NCBI RefSeq assembly: GCF_001194135.2
Contig: NC_068984.1
Location: 21,132,860 to 21,184,633 of the forward strand
DNA: 51,774 bases
Origin: Octopus bimaculoides
Lineage: Eukaryota
Direction: 5' to 3'
Shown here: in pieces, positions 1 through 12,140 of the stretch
Position numbering within the stretch: the stretch's first letter is position 1
Layout: each line of letters begins with the position of its first letter
The notes under the pieces: model-generated
Database searches by the model: none
What the model was told of the DNA's origin: nothing
The model's input: the letters and a program-made list of their open reading frames with translations, nothing else
Made by a program: the position numbers and the translations under genes

Positions 1-60
1 TTTTTTTTTTTCGATCCCTTTTGATCGACACCACCCCTTTTTTTTCCTTCCTTCCCCCTC

Positions 61-129
61 CCAAAAAGAAAAGCTCTACATTGTATTTGTCCCATCTTCG
101 TTGAGCCCTGTGTGGCTAATAAAAGAAAT
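61..129 (+). mobile_element. Probable retroposon (LINE-like) 3' end with AATAAA and no poly(A), running into TATC repeats
   Basis: A pyrimidine-rich stretch is followed by TTGTATTTGTCCCATCTTCGTTGAGCCCTGTGTGGCTAATAAAAGAAAT and then GTATCTATCTATC. It aligns with the family-A SINE tail elsewhere in the window, but no SINE body lies upstream. Confidence 0.4.
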
Positions 130-381
130 GTATCTATCTATCACACATATACACATGCACAAATACTTGTGTATACGTGTGTGCTTGTATGTATATATGT
201 GTGTGTGTGTGGGGGGGAATGCATATGCATGTGTGTGTATGTATATGTGTACGTATGTGTGTATGCATGTACGTATGTCATTATTCAGTTTTATTTCAAG
301 ATTCCTTACCAGTAGAGAAAGAGACGGTTTCTAACCTAGATCCAGGGCTCCTTCATTGGAATTTCGACATCAACAGCAGGG

Positions 382-486
382 TATGTATGTATGTATGTAT
401 GTATGTATGTATGTATGTATGCATGCATTTGTGTTTGTGTAGATAAAAAGGTAGTTAGCTAGCTAGCCAGCTAGACAGACAGACAT

Positions 487-522
<36 letters not shown>

Positions 523-576
523 ATAAATAGATAAATGTACATACATACATACATACATACATACATACATACATAC
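382..576. repeat. Compound microsatellite (TATG)n ... (GATA)n ... (CATA)n
   Basis: Directly visible tetranucleotide tracts. Confidence 0.95.
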
Positions 577-1735
577 AAGAAGGGAACGGTTGTATTATTT
601 CTTTTTTATTCCAGAATTTTGCGCCAAAATTAATGGAAGTTAAAAATTGTTAAAAGAGTTACTCCCCTTGTATTTTCTCTGCTATAGTTGAGACGCATCG
701 GTGATCAATTTATACAAAACTCACCATTATTAAAACAGATCTGGTTTTTACATGCATCTGTGTGTTTGTGTAAGTGTTTGTGTGTGTGTGTGTGTATTTA
801 TTTATATGCACGTTTGTGTGTTTGTGTGTGTACGCGCGCTCACGTATGCGTCTACGATAGTTATATAAAGATATATTCACACATTTTTGCTTTCAATTAG
901 TATTCCAATGTCAAAAACGATCCATTCAGTGGCACAAAACCACACTATCATACGAACACAGACACACACAAACACATAAACACACACACACACACAGATA
1001 CACATACACACACACACACACATAAATACATGCATATACACACACATACATACATACACACATACATGCATTTATGTATATATATATATATGTGTGTGTT
1101 AGTGTGTGTGTGTGTGTGATACAATATTAGGATAAAGACTTTATAAGAATTTATCAAGTAGTTAGCGTGAAAAAACCTCATAAGGAAAAAAAAACCCATA
1201 ATTTTTTTCCCATAAATATATTTAATTTATATAAGGTCATTACTATACAATAATGCCTCACGCTAAGAGGGACTCCATAAGTCAAAACGACTATAATAAG
1301 CACATTTTTACCGATCGTGATGGAATGCAACTTTCAAAGCTAACCTCCTAAAAATTTTTAACTTAACGGTAAACCAATGGTTTCATAATCACTCATTCGT
1401 CAGGGTATGTTTATTTTTGTTTATTTTTATGTGTCTTGACCATGCGTGTACTGATGAATAAAAGATGCAGATTACTGCGTTGATTNNNNNNNNNNNNNNN
1501 NNNNNNNNNNNNNNNNNNNNNNNNNNNNNNNNNNNNNNNNNNNNNNNNNNNNNNNNNNNNNNNNNNNNNNNNNNNNNNNNNNNNNNNNNNNNNNNNNNNN
1601 NNNNNNNNNNNNNNNNNNNNNNNNNNNNNNNNNNNNNNNNNNNNNNNNNNNNNNNNNNNNNNNNNNNNNNNNNNNNNNNNNNNNNNNNNNNNNNNNNNNN
1701 NNNNNNNNNNNNNNNNNNNNNNNNNNNNNNNNNNN

Positions 1736-1800
<65 letters not shown>

Positions 1801-1849
1801 CAAAGACAGAGACAGAGAGACAGAGACAGAGAGACAGAGACAGATAGAT

Positions 1850-1925
1850 ACGGGGACGCAAACACACCAGCATCGGTTGTCAAGCGATGGAGGGGGACGA
1901 ACGCAGATACACAAACATATACGTA
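1850..1925 (-). mobile_element. CORE-type SINE (family B), internal fragment
   Basis: GGGGACGCAAACACACCAGCATCGGTTGTCAAGCGATGG matches the internal segment of the copies at 2486-2793 and 22694-23390. Confidence 0.7.
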
Positions 1926-2077
1926 TATATGTATACGGAGTATGGGGGTTTAGTTCACAGGTGATCTAAACGACTAGGTACGCTAAATAAGTGCTGTAAT
2001 GGATTACTGGGGCTCCAAGGTCGTAGCCGAGACGGTAGTTATGGAGCCATTGCAGATTTCCGGTATAGCGGATATAG

Positions 2078-2377
2078 AATTGTTAAAGAGGACAACAAAC
2101 CTTAAGGCAAGGCAAGCATCTCAAGTCATATACATTATTATTATTGGAAAAGATTCAGTCTTACAGATGTTTCTAAGATATCCCAGAGTATGGGATATTC
2201 CGTCATCAGAGACAAACAGGGAAAATGAGAAGGGTATATATTAATGAAATGACGGAATATCCCATACACTGGGATATCCCAGAAACAGCTGTAAGACTTT
2301 GAATCTTTTCCAATAATAATAATGTATATTACTTGAGATGTTTGCCTTGCCCTAACGTTTGTTGTCTTCTTTAACAA

Positions 2378-2379
<2 letters not shown>
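2078..2379. mobile_element. Foldback/MITE-like element: ~130-bp inverted arms, 42-bp spacer
   Basis: 2078-2206 is the reverse complement of 2249-2379, with about 9 substitutions and one 2-nt indel by hand alignment. The ORF track shows the mirrored peptide QVIYIIIIGKDS on both strands. Confidence 0.85.
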
Positions 2380-2411
<32 letters not shown>

Positions 2412-2412
<1 letters not shown>

Positions 2413-2482
2413 CGACAGGCTTTTTTGATTTTCCGTCTACCAAATCCACTCACAAGGCTTTGGTCAGCCCGCGGCTATAGTA
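2412..2482 (-). mobile_element. CORE-type SINE (family B), fragment
   Basis: TTTCCGTCTACCAAATCCACTCACAAGGCTTTGGTCAGCCCGCGGCTATAG is shared with other family-B copies. Confidence 0.8.
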
Positions 2483-2485
2483 CTT

Positions 2486-2793
2486 CTTTTTTAAGCCTAG
2501 TATTTATTTTATCACTCTCTGTTGCCAAATCACTATGTCACGAGGACGCAATCACACCAACATCGGTTGTGAAGCGGTGGTGGCCAAACACACACACACA
2601 CACACACATGCATGCATGCACATACACATATATACGACGGGCTTCTTTTAGTTTCCCTCTATCAAACCACTCACAAGGCCTTCGTCACCCAGAGGCTATA
2701 GTAGAAGACACTTGCTCAAGGTGCCATGCAGTGGGACTGAACCCGGAAACATGTGGTTGGTTAGCAAGCTACTTACCACACTGCCACTCCTAC
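2486..2793 (-). mobile_element. tRNA-derived CORE-type SINE (family B), near full length
   Basis: Minus-strand head has an A-box-like TGGCAGTGTGG and a B-box-like GGTTCAGTCCC. GGCACCTTGAGCAAGT resembles the MIR/CORE motif ACCTTGGGCAAGT. A central microsatellite and the 3' module follow. Confidence 0.85.
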
Positions 2794-3527
2794 ACTTCGT
2801 ACATACACATACATTCACACACAGATACACTCACGCACACACATATACACACACATACACACACACATACACACACAAATTTCTTCTATCTTACTGGACC
2901 TCGGTCATGCTGTGGCACTGCTTTGAAAGGTGTGTGTGTGTGTGTGTGTGCGTGTGTGTGCGTGTGTGTGTGTGTGAGAGAGAGAGAGTATGTGTGTGTG
3001 TGTGCGTGTGTGTGTGTGTGAGAGAGAGAGAGTATGTGTGTGTGTGTGTGTGTGTGCGTGTGAGTATGTGTGTGCATATGTGTGTATGAATTTGCGTGTG
3101 TGCGTGTATATATCTCTGATAGTTATTCTATCGATCTCTATAGTTGAACTGCTATTTTACGAGGACATTAGTAGACCAATACCGGTTGTCATATATGTGT
3201 ATGTGTGAAGAGTTACGAGGGAGCGTTCATATAGCATGCATATGTGTATGTGTGTATGTATGTATGTTTTTGTATGCGAAACTTAGTTGACGAAATGTAG
3301 AGAAGCTCATCGGATGGATTGTATTTGAAATTCAAAGGTCTAGTTGAGTCATACAGTCTCTACGTGAGAATTCATTACGTTAAGCGCAGCTACGTCTTTG
3401 AAATACTCAGCCATACATACATACAATCATACATACATACATACATGCATGCATGCAAGTATACATACATACATACATATAGACAGACAGACACACGCAC
3501 ACACACACACACACATACACATACACA

Positions 3528-4132
3528 GACCTAGATGCCATATACAAATGAGCTGAAGAAAATAGCATGCAATTTAACGCAGGAAAATTCCAAATACTCC
3601 ACAACCAGCCAGGTTGTGCTAACATGCCACAACCAAAATACTTTGGATCAAAAGGATTAGCAATGCCATAGTCAACCACAGTGCGGGATCTGGGTATTGG
3701 TATGGGAAACAATGCATCGTCTCTTGTACATATTATCAAGATGGTGGCAATGTGCAGATGAATGGCCGGGTGGATTCTGAGAACTTTCAGAACAAGGGAC
3801 CAGGAAACTATGCTCGTCCTATTGGTCTTATGAAGGACATTTGTTATAAGCCGACTAGGCTACTGTTCTCAACTCTCGTCACTCCACAACGTCAGTTTAA
3901 TAGCTTAACTCGAGACAGTTCAGCGGTGCTACACCAAATTGTTTGCATCTGTGAAACATGTGAGCGACTAGTGGGGGGGGGGGACGAAAGAATTGCGGCT
4001 CTACTCTTTGAAGCGAAGGCGAGAAAGATATACGTTGATATACATATGGAAGATCCTATAGGAGACGGCACCAAACTTGGCATCAAGAGTTATACAAGAC
4101 ACCACTGTTCTGTTCCAAAAATCTCACCCATC
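3528..4132 (+). mobile_element. CR1/L2-group LINE, decayed RT C-terminal region
   Basis: Hand translation: DLDAIYK*AEENSMQFNAGKFQILH ... VRDLGI ... MAGWILRTFRTRDQETML ... KTFVISRLGYCSQL ... LETVQR ... LRLYSLKRRRERY. These are typical CR1/L2 post-RT motifs, with stops and frameshifts. Confidence 0.85.
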
Positions 4133-4504
4133 NNNNNNNNNNNNNNNNNNNNNNNNNNNNNNNNNNNNNNNNNNNNNNNNNNNNNNNNNNNNNNNNNNNN
4201 NNNNNNNNNNNNNNNNNNNNNNNNNNNNNNNNNNNNNNNNNNNNNNNNNNNNNNNNNNNNNNNNNNNNNNNNNNNNNNNNNNNNNNNNNNNNNNNNNNNN
4301 NNNNNNNNNNNNNNNNNNNNNNNNNNNNNNNNNNNNNNNNNNNNNNNNNNNNNNNNNNNNNNNNNNNNNNNNNNNNNNNNNNNNNNNNNNNNNNNNNNNN
4401 NNNNNNNNNNNNNNNNNNNNNNNNNNNNNNNNNNNNNNNNNNNNNNNNNNNNNNNNNNNNNNNNNNNNNNNNNNNNNNNNNNNNNNNNNNNNNNNNNNNN
4501 NNNN

Positions 4505-4883
4505 GTTGGCACTCCATCGCTTACGACATCGAGGGTTCCAGTCGATCCGATCAACGGAACAGCCTACTCGTGAAATTAACGTGCAAGTGGCTGAGCACTC
4601 CACAGACACGTGTACCCTTAACGTAGTTCTCGAGGATATTCAGCATGACACAGTGTGACAAGGCTGGCCCTTTGAAATTCAGGTACAACAGAAACAAAAA
4701 GAAAGAGTGAGAGAAAGTTGTGGTGGAAGAGTACAGCAGGGTTCACCATCATCCCCTGCCGTAGCCTCGTGGAGCTTTAGGTGTTTTCGCTCAAACACTC
4801 ACAACGCCCGGTCTGGGAATCGAAACCGCGATCCTATGACCTCGAGTCCGCTGCCCTAACCACTGGGCCATTGCGCCTCCACA
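4505..4883 (-). mobile_element. tRNA-derived SINE (family C), near full length
   Basis: Minus-strand head TGTGGAGGCGCAATGGCCCAGTGGTTAGGGCAGCGG...GGTTTCGATTCCCAG has Pol III A- and B-box-like motifs. Its 3' module recurs at about 20755-20930. Confidence 0.8.
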
Positions 4884-5116
4884 TAAAAGAATATATATAT
4901 ATATAAGAATGTACATATGCATATACTTATATTTGTATTTATATGTTACTGTTGCAGACGACTCTACAATGTTTACAGTATGCTGCATCGGACTGACCTT
5001 GGGACTGGCAGACAGACCTATCCAAGTGATGATTAAAATCTTCAAATAACATCATCTCTTCGTTTCTGATCACCTTATGTAAAGAATAGCACAACCAAGG
5101 TATTTAAAATGTCAGA

Positions 5117-5188
<72 letters not shown>
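5117..5188. repeat. (TG)n microsatellite
   Basis: Directly visible. Confidence 0.95.
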
Positions 5189-5190
<2 letters not shown>

Positions 5191-5369
5191 TATTTGTATA
5201 TCTGCGTTCCAATCTGTCTCTGTGGATCAATAAATTTATCTATCTGTCAATCTATCTACACCCCGCGGCACGCCCATGCCACACATCAGACACTTAAAAA
5301 ATAGGATTAATATGTGTGTGTCCAAATGTTTCAAAGATACGGTATTTAAATGATTCAGACAAATACACG

Positions 5370-5420
<51 letters not shown>

Positions 5421-6030
5421 TATATATATATACACACACAAATAATATGTGAGTATATGCATACATACGTACATGTATGTACATACCTACATCTACCTGT
5501 ATATATAGATGCATATCTGGGTACAGGACGTTACAAAAAAAAACGTGGACAAAATGAAAAACAGAACATAAACAGAGTACAGAAAACACACAGGCCACAT
5601 AGAGAACATTTCTTTCATCAGCTGNNNNNNNNNNNNNNNNNNNNNNNNNNNNNNNNNNNNNNNNNNNNNNNNNNNNNNNNNNNNNNNNNNNNNNNNNNNN
5701 NNNNNNNNNNNNNNNNNNNNNNNNNNNNNNNNNNNNNNNNNNNNNNNNNNNNNNNNNNNNNNNNNNNNNNNNNNNNNNNNNNNNNNNNNNNNNNNNNNNN
5801 NNNNNNNNNNNNNNNNNNNNNNNNNNNNNNNNNNNNNNNNNNNNNNNNNNNNNNNNNNNNNNNNNNNNNNNNNNNNNNNNNNNNNNNNNNNNNNNNNNNN
5901 NNNNNNNNNNNNNNNNNNNNNNNNNNNNNNNNNNNNNNNNNNNNNNNNNNNNNNNNNNNNNNNNNNNNNNNNNNNNNNNNNNNNNNNNNNNNNNNNNNNN
6001 NNNNNNNNNNNCACATGCATATATACCGTA

Positions 6031-6610
6031 TATTGGATTGGCCAGAACTTTTCTTGAGCGAAAATAAGACAAATTTTAAGCAGAAAGTGATTTACTCAAT
6101 CAGTGATATAATTGTTTCGTTCCTCTATCTTCTGCCGTCTTGTGAGCAGATGATATTGGATTCTCAGCTCAAAGAATTGTCTGTCTTTGCTGGCGAAAAA
6201 TCCTTCCAAGGTGAATTCTTACATCCTCTTCAGAGTTGAAGACTTGTATTTTCAATGAATTTTGAAAGGACCGAAATAGGTAGAAATTTGAAGGCACAAG
6301 GTCTGGTGAAATGTGCAGTCTGGCATTGTCGAAATGAAAGCTTAGTAAGTACTGGAGCTTGTGGTAGCTCGCTGCATTTTATTTGTTCAGCTGGTCACAG
6401 TGCACATCCGAATTGATGGACTGTCCGAGGGATGTAACTCGTAAAAGATATTACCCTTCCAATCCCAACAATTTGAAAGCATAACCTTCTTCGAGGAAAC
6501 TCCTGCTCTGGAGGTCATTTGCGGTGGTTCGCTGCGCTCCCCTATGGTCATCTGCACTTCACATTGTTATAAACTATCCATTCTTCATTCTCTGTCAGCT
6601 AGTTATCAGT
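6031..6610 (-). mobile_element. Mariner transposase relic with terminal inverted repeat
   Basis: Minus translation: ENEEWIVYNNVK (cf. TGDEKWIxYxN) ... KKVML ... WDWKG ... FDNARLH (cf. HDNARPH) ... SPDLVPSNFYLFRSFQNSL (cf. YSPDLAPSD). The terminus TA|TATTGGATTGGCCAGAA lies at 6029-6047. Confidence 0.9.
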
Positions 6611-7564
6611 GCAACGCTCTGCCCTTTATATACAATATATTGCTAGCAGGGGGAGCGAACCCTCTAGCGGGTAACCGGATCGCGAGACTGACTCAGTTAC
6701 GAGCTATTTGACTTAACCTCAGTCGAGAGCACCTGCATGCCAGAGTGTTGCACCGATAACCAGCTGGTGGAGAATCTGCCTGAGGTTAAACTAATAGTAA
6801 TATTCAACAGCCACTTTGATGTGACAACTGACTTTACTGTTTAGTACAGTTAATACTATATCTCTTCTTGAGATTTTACAACTAGCTATTTTGCTTTTAT
6901 ATATATATCGCCAACACCTCTTATGTCCATCTCCTATGTTCCTGCCTTTAAGCTTTCACTTCATACACGCCAGCTCAATTTGATTCGTTCTCAGTCGAAA
7001 GACACCTGTTGTTATTTCTTGTTGTTTGTATTCGTAATTGTGTACTATATTCTCCGATTTTTGTTTGTTTTTTGTCTTTGTTGCCGTACACATTCGCTAT
7101 CTTTTTGTTACAAAGGAGTCTAATGCTTTTAGCTTAGACTTTTTTTGGTGTGTGTGGAGGGGGGGGGGCAACCAGATCGGACCATCTCAAGACTAACTGG
7201 CCGAAATGGTCGTGACTTCTGGAACTTGACTAAGGAAGAAAGCCACGAATGACCAGTCTTTTTTTGCCTGTCCTTCTAATTGTTGTTTCTCTTGTCCGCT
7301 TTTATATCGTCTATCTGTCTGAATGTTTTAATGTCTTCTATTGCGTTTTTGCTCCATTTATACATACATACATACATACATACATACACATATGTATGTA
7401 TGTATATATNNNNNNNNNNNNNNNNNNNNNNNNNNNNNNNNNNNNNNNNNNNNNNNNNNNNNNNNNNNNNNNNNNNNNNNNNNNNNNNNNNNNNNNNNNN
7501 NNNNNNNNNNNNNNNNNNNNNNNNNNNNNNNNNGATAGATCGATACATAAATAGATGCACATAT

Positions 7565-7599
<35 letters not shown>

Positions 7600-8960
7600 T
7601 TCTGAACTTAATGATGCATCATTACTTCCGATTTGAAGATATTTCATGCTACACACTACTTTTCGAGCAGATATACATATAACCAGAGTTGGAGTAGAAA
7701 CACTGTAAATCAACAAGGTTTATACATGACAATGTTTCGGGGAAACTTTTGAGTGATGCGAATATCGACAGTCTTTTTGTGCTTGACACCGTTTCATCAC
7801 GTCGCATTTTGAAAGCTATGCTTCTGCAATCCGAAGATTAAAACCCAGCTAAAAATATCTATTGAACGAAGGAGGCGTTGAACCCTTCCGACCTCCAAAA
7901 CGTGATTAAAACATTGCATCTCATACCAGCGGAGGTCATTACATATGTGAGTGGCTGCTTCCAAATATGTTATCAAGATAATACCTTCTTTAATTGGGCT
8001 GACATTGCTGCTAAACAATATCCAGCGCCACCCGTATGATGGACTGTCCGGGGGCAAATGGAAAAACAAATAAATTAACAAATGTTTCTAGCCACTAAAT
8101 GAAAGAACAACACTCCTAGCGTTGTTTTCTGGACAAATAAAAAAAAAACAAAAAAAAAAACAACGGCTGTTGTAAAGATCAGCTTCTTAACGAATGTGAA
8201 CCAGTGAAAACATTTCTTGACAAGTTTTTTGAAACTTACAACTTATTTATCCAAATTATTAGTTTACAAATGTACTCATAAGTGATAGTTAGAAGAAGCT
8301 GGATTTTACAGCTTTTCCATACAGAAGGAGAGAGAAGAGAGAGTTAATATGATACATGCTCTGAAAATCCAGTCTGTAATTAAAACAACGCAACGATATA
8401 GATTCTTCTTGTTAATATCTAAATTCTAAATAATGGAACTTTGCATATTCTAGGATAAAAAATTCTTAGAGGAAGAATTCATATAATTAAAAAAAAAAAA
8501 AAGAGGATATAAATATTAATGTACCTCATGTTGATGCTGACTTCACAGTTGGAGATTTTGTGTAGTTCATGTTTATTATTAACTTTATTGTTTAGAAGAG
8601 TGAAAACTGATGAAACTTCTGGTCAATAAATTTATGACCATGGCAATACTTCTGCGATGCTAACTCAAAGAAACTACACAAAACGAATGCAAGAAATATC
8701 TCCGCAGATGTTCAAGTATTCTTAGACATTACATTAGTCCATTTTAAATAACGTTTTTGAAATTCATTTTTCTCAATCACTGATGATTTCTTCAACAATG
8801 TTTTTTTTTCTCCTAAACACATGATTTACTGAATGGGTGACCAAATCCCTCACATTACTATACATGTTCTGTCTTCAGTTTGTCACTGAAGTGCAGGCCT
8901 ACCTGATTGTCAAACGTGTGACGTGTAGTAGAAACAATGCCAAAGTAGACATTAGAACTT

Positions 8961-9061
8961 GGCGTAACTCTTTGGCTCAGCTGTTCATTTCGGACCGTCT
9001 AACCCATGCCAGCATGAAAAAAAGGGACATTAATGGATGATGCTAATGCTGCTGCTGATGA

Positions 9062-9062
<1 letters not shown>
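8961..9062 (+). mobile_element. RTE-type retroposon 3' tail
   Basis: GTCTAACCCATGCCAGCATGAAAA...GACATTAA followed by a decayed (GAT/GCT)n tail, resembling RTE 3' ends. Confidence 0.5.
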
Positions 9063-9106
<44 letters not shown>

Positions 9107-9339
9107 GTATATATATATACGTATATGGTTCAAATGTGCAGTAAACAAAAGACAAAGAGAGATGAGAGAACAACAAGCTGATGTATTAGTTTGATACTCG
9201 GTAAATATGGAAAAGATTTTGACGTTTCGAACCTACGCCCAACGGCAAAGAGGAATGAGAAGGAAAAAATAGAGAGAAAAAGAGAAAAAAAAAAAAAGAA
9301 ACGGAGAGAGAAAAAATGTGTTGGGATTAATGGTTCCAC

Positions 9340-10680
9340 ATGTTGTAATCACCACTGTACAGAACAGATGCACGAGACACTGTAATCTTGTCAGGAAATT
9401 AAACACTCAGGGAACATTGCACAGAACCTCTCAGTCTACTGGGGCAAAAGCCTTTTTATAGATTCACAAACATAATAAAGAGTTATTGATGTTGTTCTTC
9501 GCATTTCTTCTGAATCTGCCTTGCAACGAAGATCATGTCTACTTAGTCTGTATTGTATCCCTAGAAATTGTGCATATCTCCATACTTCTCAATTACTTCT
9601 TGGAATGTTTGACGAAGGATTATTCACAGATGCTCTGTGTGCCTTGTGCATGCCACTTAGAATTTTCCGGGATTCTTATGGAACCAGGTTAGGTGTTTAT
9701 CCGTTTTGTATCCGACGGTTTTGACTGCAACATCATAAAAAATGGAACTTAAAATGGTCCCTTTGTTATGTATGCAAGCTTCCAAAGAGTAGGGAATACC
9801 TCTGAAACTGGAGAGTGATGAAAATTCTTACAAATATCAAGATTGTAGAGATTGCAGCAGGTGAATTTCATAATGTCTAATATTCTTGGGCTATGTAAGG
9901 GGAGCTCTTGCGATGTGACTTTTACCAATATCATATGATCTATCGAACACTCTACTCCCCCCCCCCCAATTGCACAGGGGGACAAAGCAATTTTTACTCT
10001 GAAATCGTGTTCTACACACAGAGAGAAGTTTGATTGCATTGCAGTTAGTTTTTCCGACAGTGGTTTCCGGTTTTTTTAATTCTTCCTTAATCTTGCATTG
10101 AAATCACTCATTTTAATTATTACCTGATCAAACCTCTAAAGGAAGCAAGCAGTCTTTATCCTGATTATCAGATGACAAAATTAGTGCCTAGGATATCTGA
10201 AACGTAAGGTAGCGGCTCTCTACAAGGGAAATACGGACTGACATCAGCTACTTTAAAGTCATTCGATGTGTCAGACAGTTTAAACAGCAGACTGTTTCTC
10301 ACAGCGATGTTATATCGGTGATGTACACTCTCGGGTAATTGCTCCAGAAGTTATAACCCTCTTTAACCTTATTAAGCGACCCCTCTCCGACTAGCTTGGT
10401 CCTACCGATGCAGCAATATCTGTAGCGCTTTACTTCACTAACTTGCAGAGCCATTCGACATTCGAGTCGACTCGTCGAGTTGTCAGCATCAGGCAGTCTC
10501 CGTGTATTTCACGTGACAAGCCCTACTAGTATATTATCGTATATTTTTCTTTTTACAACCGCTTTACTGAACGTCGTGACAAACGCGGTTTCGTATCCAG
10601 GAATTAAACTGGGTGAACAATTTTTAAGCAATCTTTTTTGTGTCTTATTCTGGTTGAGATGAGCAGCGCAGCCACTAGAT
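9340..10680 (-). mobile_element. RTE (BovB-like) LINE relic: 5' region, APE endonuclease and start of RT, internally deleted
   Basis: Minus translation: LVT*NTRRLPDADNS...ALQVSEVKRY..DIAA ... KLVGEG...GYNFWS ... SDFNARL (endonuclease), then DMIFVARQIQKKCEEQHQ*LFIMFVNL..AF (RT domains). Confidence 0.85.
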
Positions 10681-10759
10681 AGGGTTGCTCAAAAACAGGG
10701 TTTAGACAAGGGAAAACTGCTACTCATTGCTAACAGTCAATGACTGGTATTCTGATCTC

Positions 10760-11330
10760 TGACTCGTAGAATTCTAATTCGATTCTTCCAATATATTCAG
10801 ATCTGCTCCTGTTACCAGACTCTCCATCATCACCAACGTCGTTAGGGATCCAAGATCCATGATCCACATTTCAAATTGAGACACTTGTGCAATGAAGCTT
10901 TATAGTGATGCTGGGTGTGTTCATTTCTCAAAACACCTGTTGTCTCTGTGAGAAGACAGATGCGGTGGAAAAAACACCCCCAAGAGGAACGATATCTCCT
11001 CCCAGTTATTAGAAACTGTTGCAAACCTATCCGTCTTAAAGCTGACTGCCACAGCTAGCTTTATTCTCGGGATGTACTCACCTGGCCTTTTTCTTCCTTG
11101 GCTAAATGACAAGGTTGTGGGGTACATTGATCTTAGGATATATTCACTAGAGAATGCCTGCATACTATATCTGGGTAATTCACTACTGAATCATGTTCCC
11201 TCAACAAGTTAGCCGTAAAGCCATAGTCATCGTATGTGTCGACAGAGAGGACTGAGAGAATGTTGGTGAAAGAGAGGCGGGTGTGTACTGGTAGGGAAGA
11301 CTCACTTTAGGTTGCTTCTCGCTTCACCAA
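10760..11330 (-). mobile_element. Second RTE-like LINE relic, endonuclease region
   Basis: Decayed minus-strand similarity to the RTE endonuclease N-terminus (HTMTMAL...; QGRKRPGEYIPR..AVAVS, cf. FFWQG..EPREHGVGFAV). Confidence 0.5.
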
Positions 11331-11654
11331 ATGGGCTAATCATCTGCAGCGAGCTGTAAGCGAGAGGGTTGCAAGCACTACTGCACAAGATGCATTACAT
11401 CATCCTCTGTGTGTGTATGTGTTTTGTGTGTGTGTGTGTGTGAATGGAGGATTTCTCAGCTGTTTAATAGCGTGAAATAGTTGGGGGTCAATCTATCTAC
11501 CTGTGTGTCTGTCTGTCTATTTGTCTGTCTGTCAGTCCGTCTATCTGTCTGTATGTCTATCTCTCTCTATATATGTGTGTGTGTGTGTGTGTGTGTCTGT
11601 GTGTGTGTGTGTTTGTGTACATCCGTGTACGTGTAAATATGAATGGATCATCAA

Positions 11655-11690
<36 letters not shown>

Positions 11691-12140
11691 NNNNNNNNNN
11701 NNNNNNNNNNNNNNNNNNNNNNNNNNNNNNNNNNNNNNNNNNNNNNNNNNNNNNNNNNNNNNNNNNNNNNNNNNNNNNNNNNNNNNNNNNNNNNNNNNNN
11801 NNNNNNNNNNNNNNNNNNNNNNNNNNNNNNNNNNNNNNNNNNNNNNNNNNNNNNNNNNNNNNNNNNNNNNNNNNNNNNNNNNNNNNNNNNNNNNNNNNNN
11901 NNNNNNNNNNNNNNNNNNNNNNNNNNNNNNNNNNNNNNNNNNNNNNNNNNNNNNNNNNNNNNNNNNNNNNNNNNNNNNNNNNNNNNNNNNNNNNNNNNNN
12001 NNNNNNNNNNNNNNNNNNNNNNNNNNNNNNNNNNNNNNNNNNNNNNNNNNNNNNNNNNNNNNNNNNNNNNNNNNNNNNNNNNNNNNNNNNNNNNNNNNNN
12101 NNNNNNNNNNNNNNNNNNNNNNNNNNCTTCCATAGTTCCT

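Noticed and set aside
1450-1485. CTGATGA hammerhead core heptamer
   Set aside because: No helix II or GAAA follows before the gap, so no ribozyme fold can be built.
3407-3739. Protein-like minus-strand ORF (MIICTRDDALFPIPIPRS...)
   Set aside because: It is the antisense reading of the CR1/L2 RT relic on the plus strand.
4800-4883. tRNA-like sequence with A and B boxes
   Set aside because: It is a SINE head continuing into SINE body; no complete cloverleaf. The same applies to the family A and B heads.
7724-7760. Minus-strand ...CCCCGAAACATTGTC, resembling the 3' half of a Penelope hammerhead
   Set aside because: The core reads CTCAAAA and helix II does not pair; too decayed to call.
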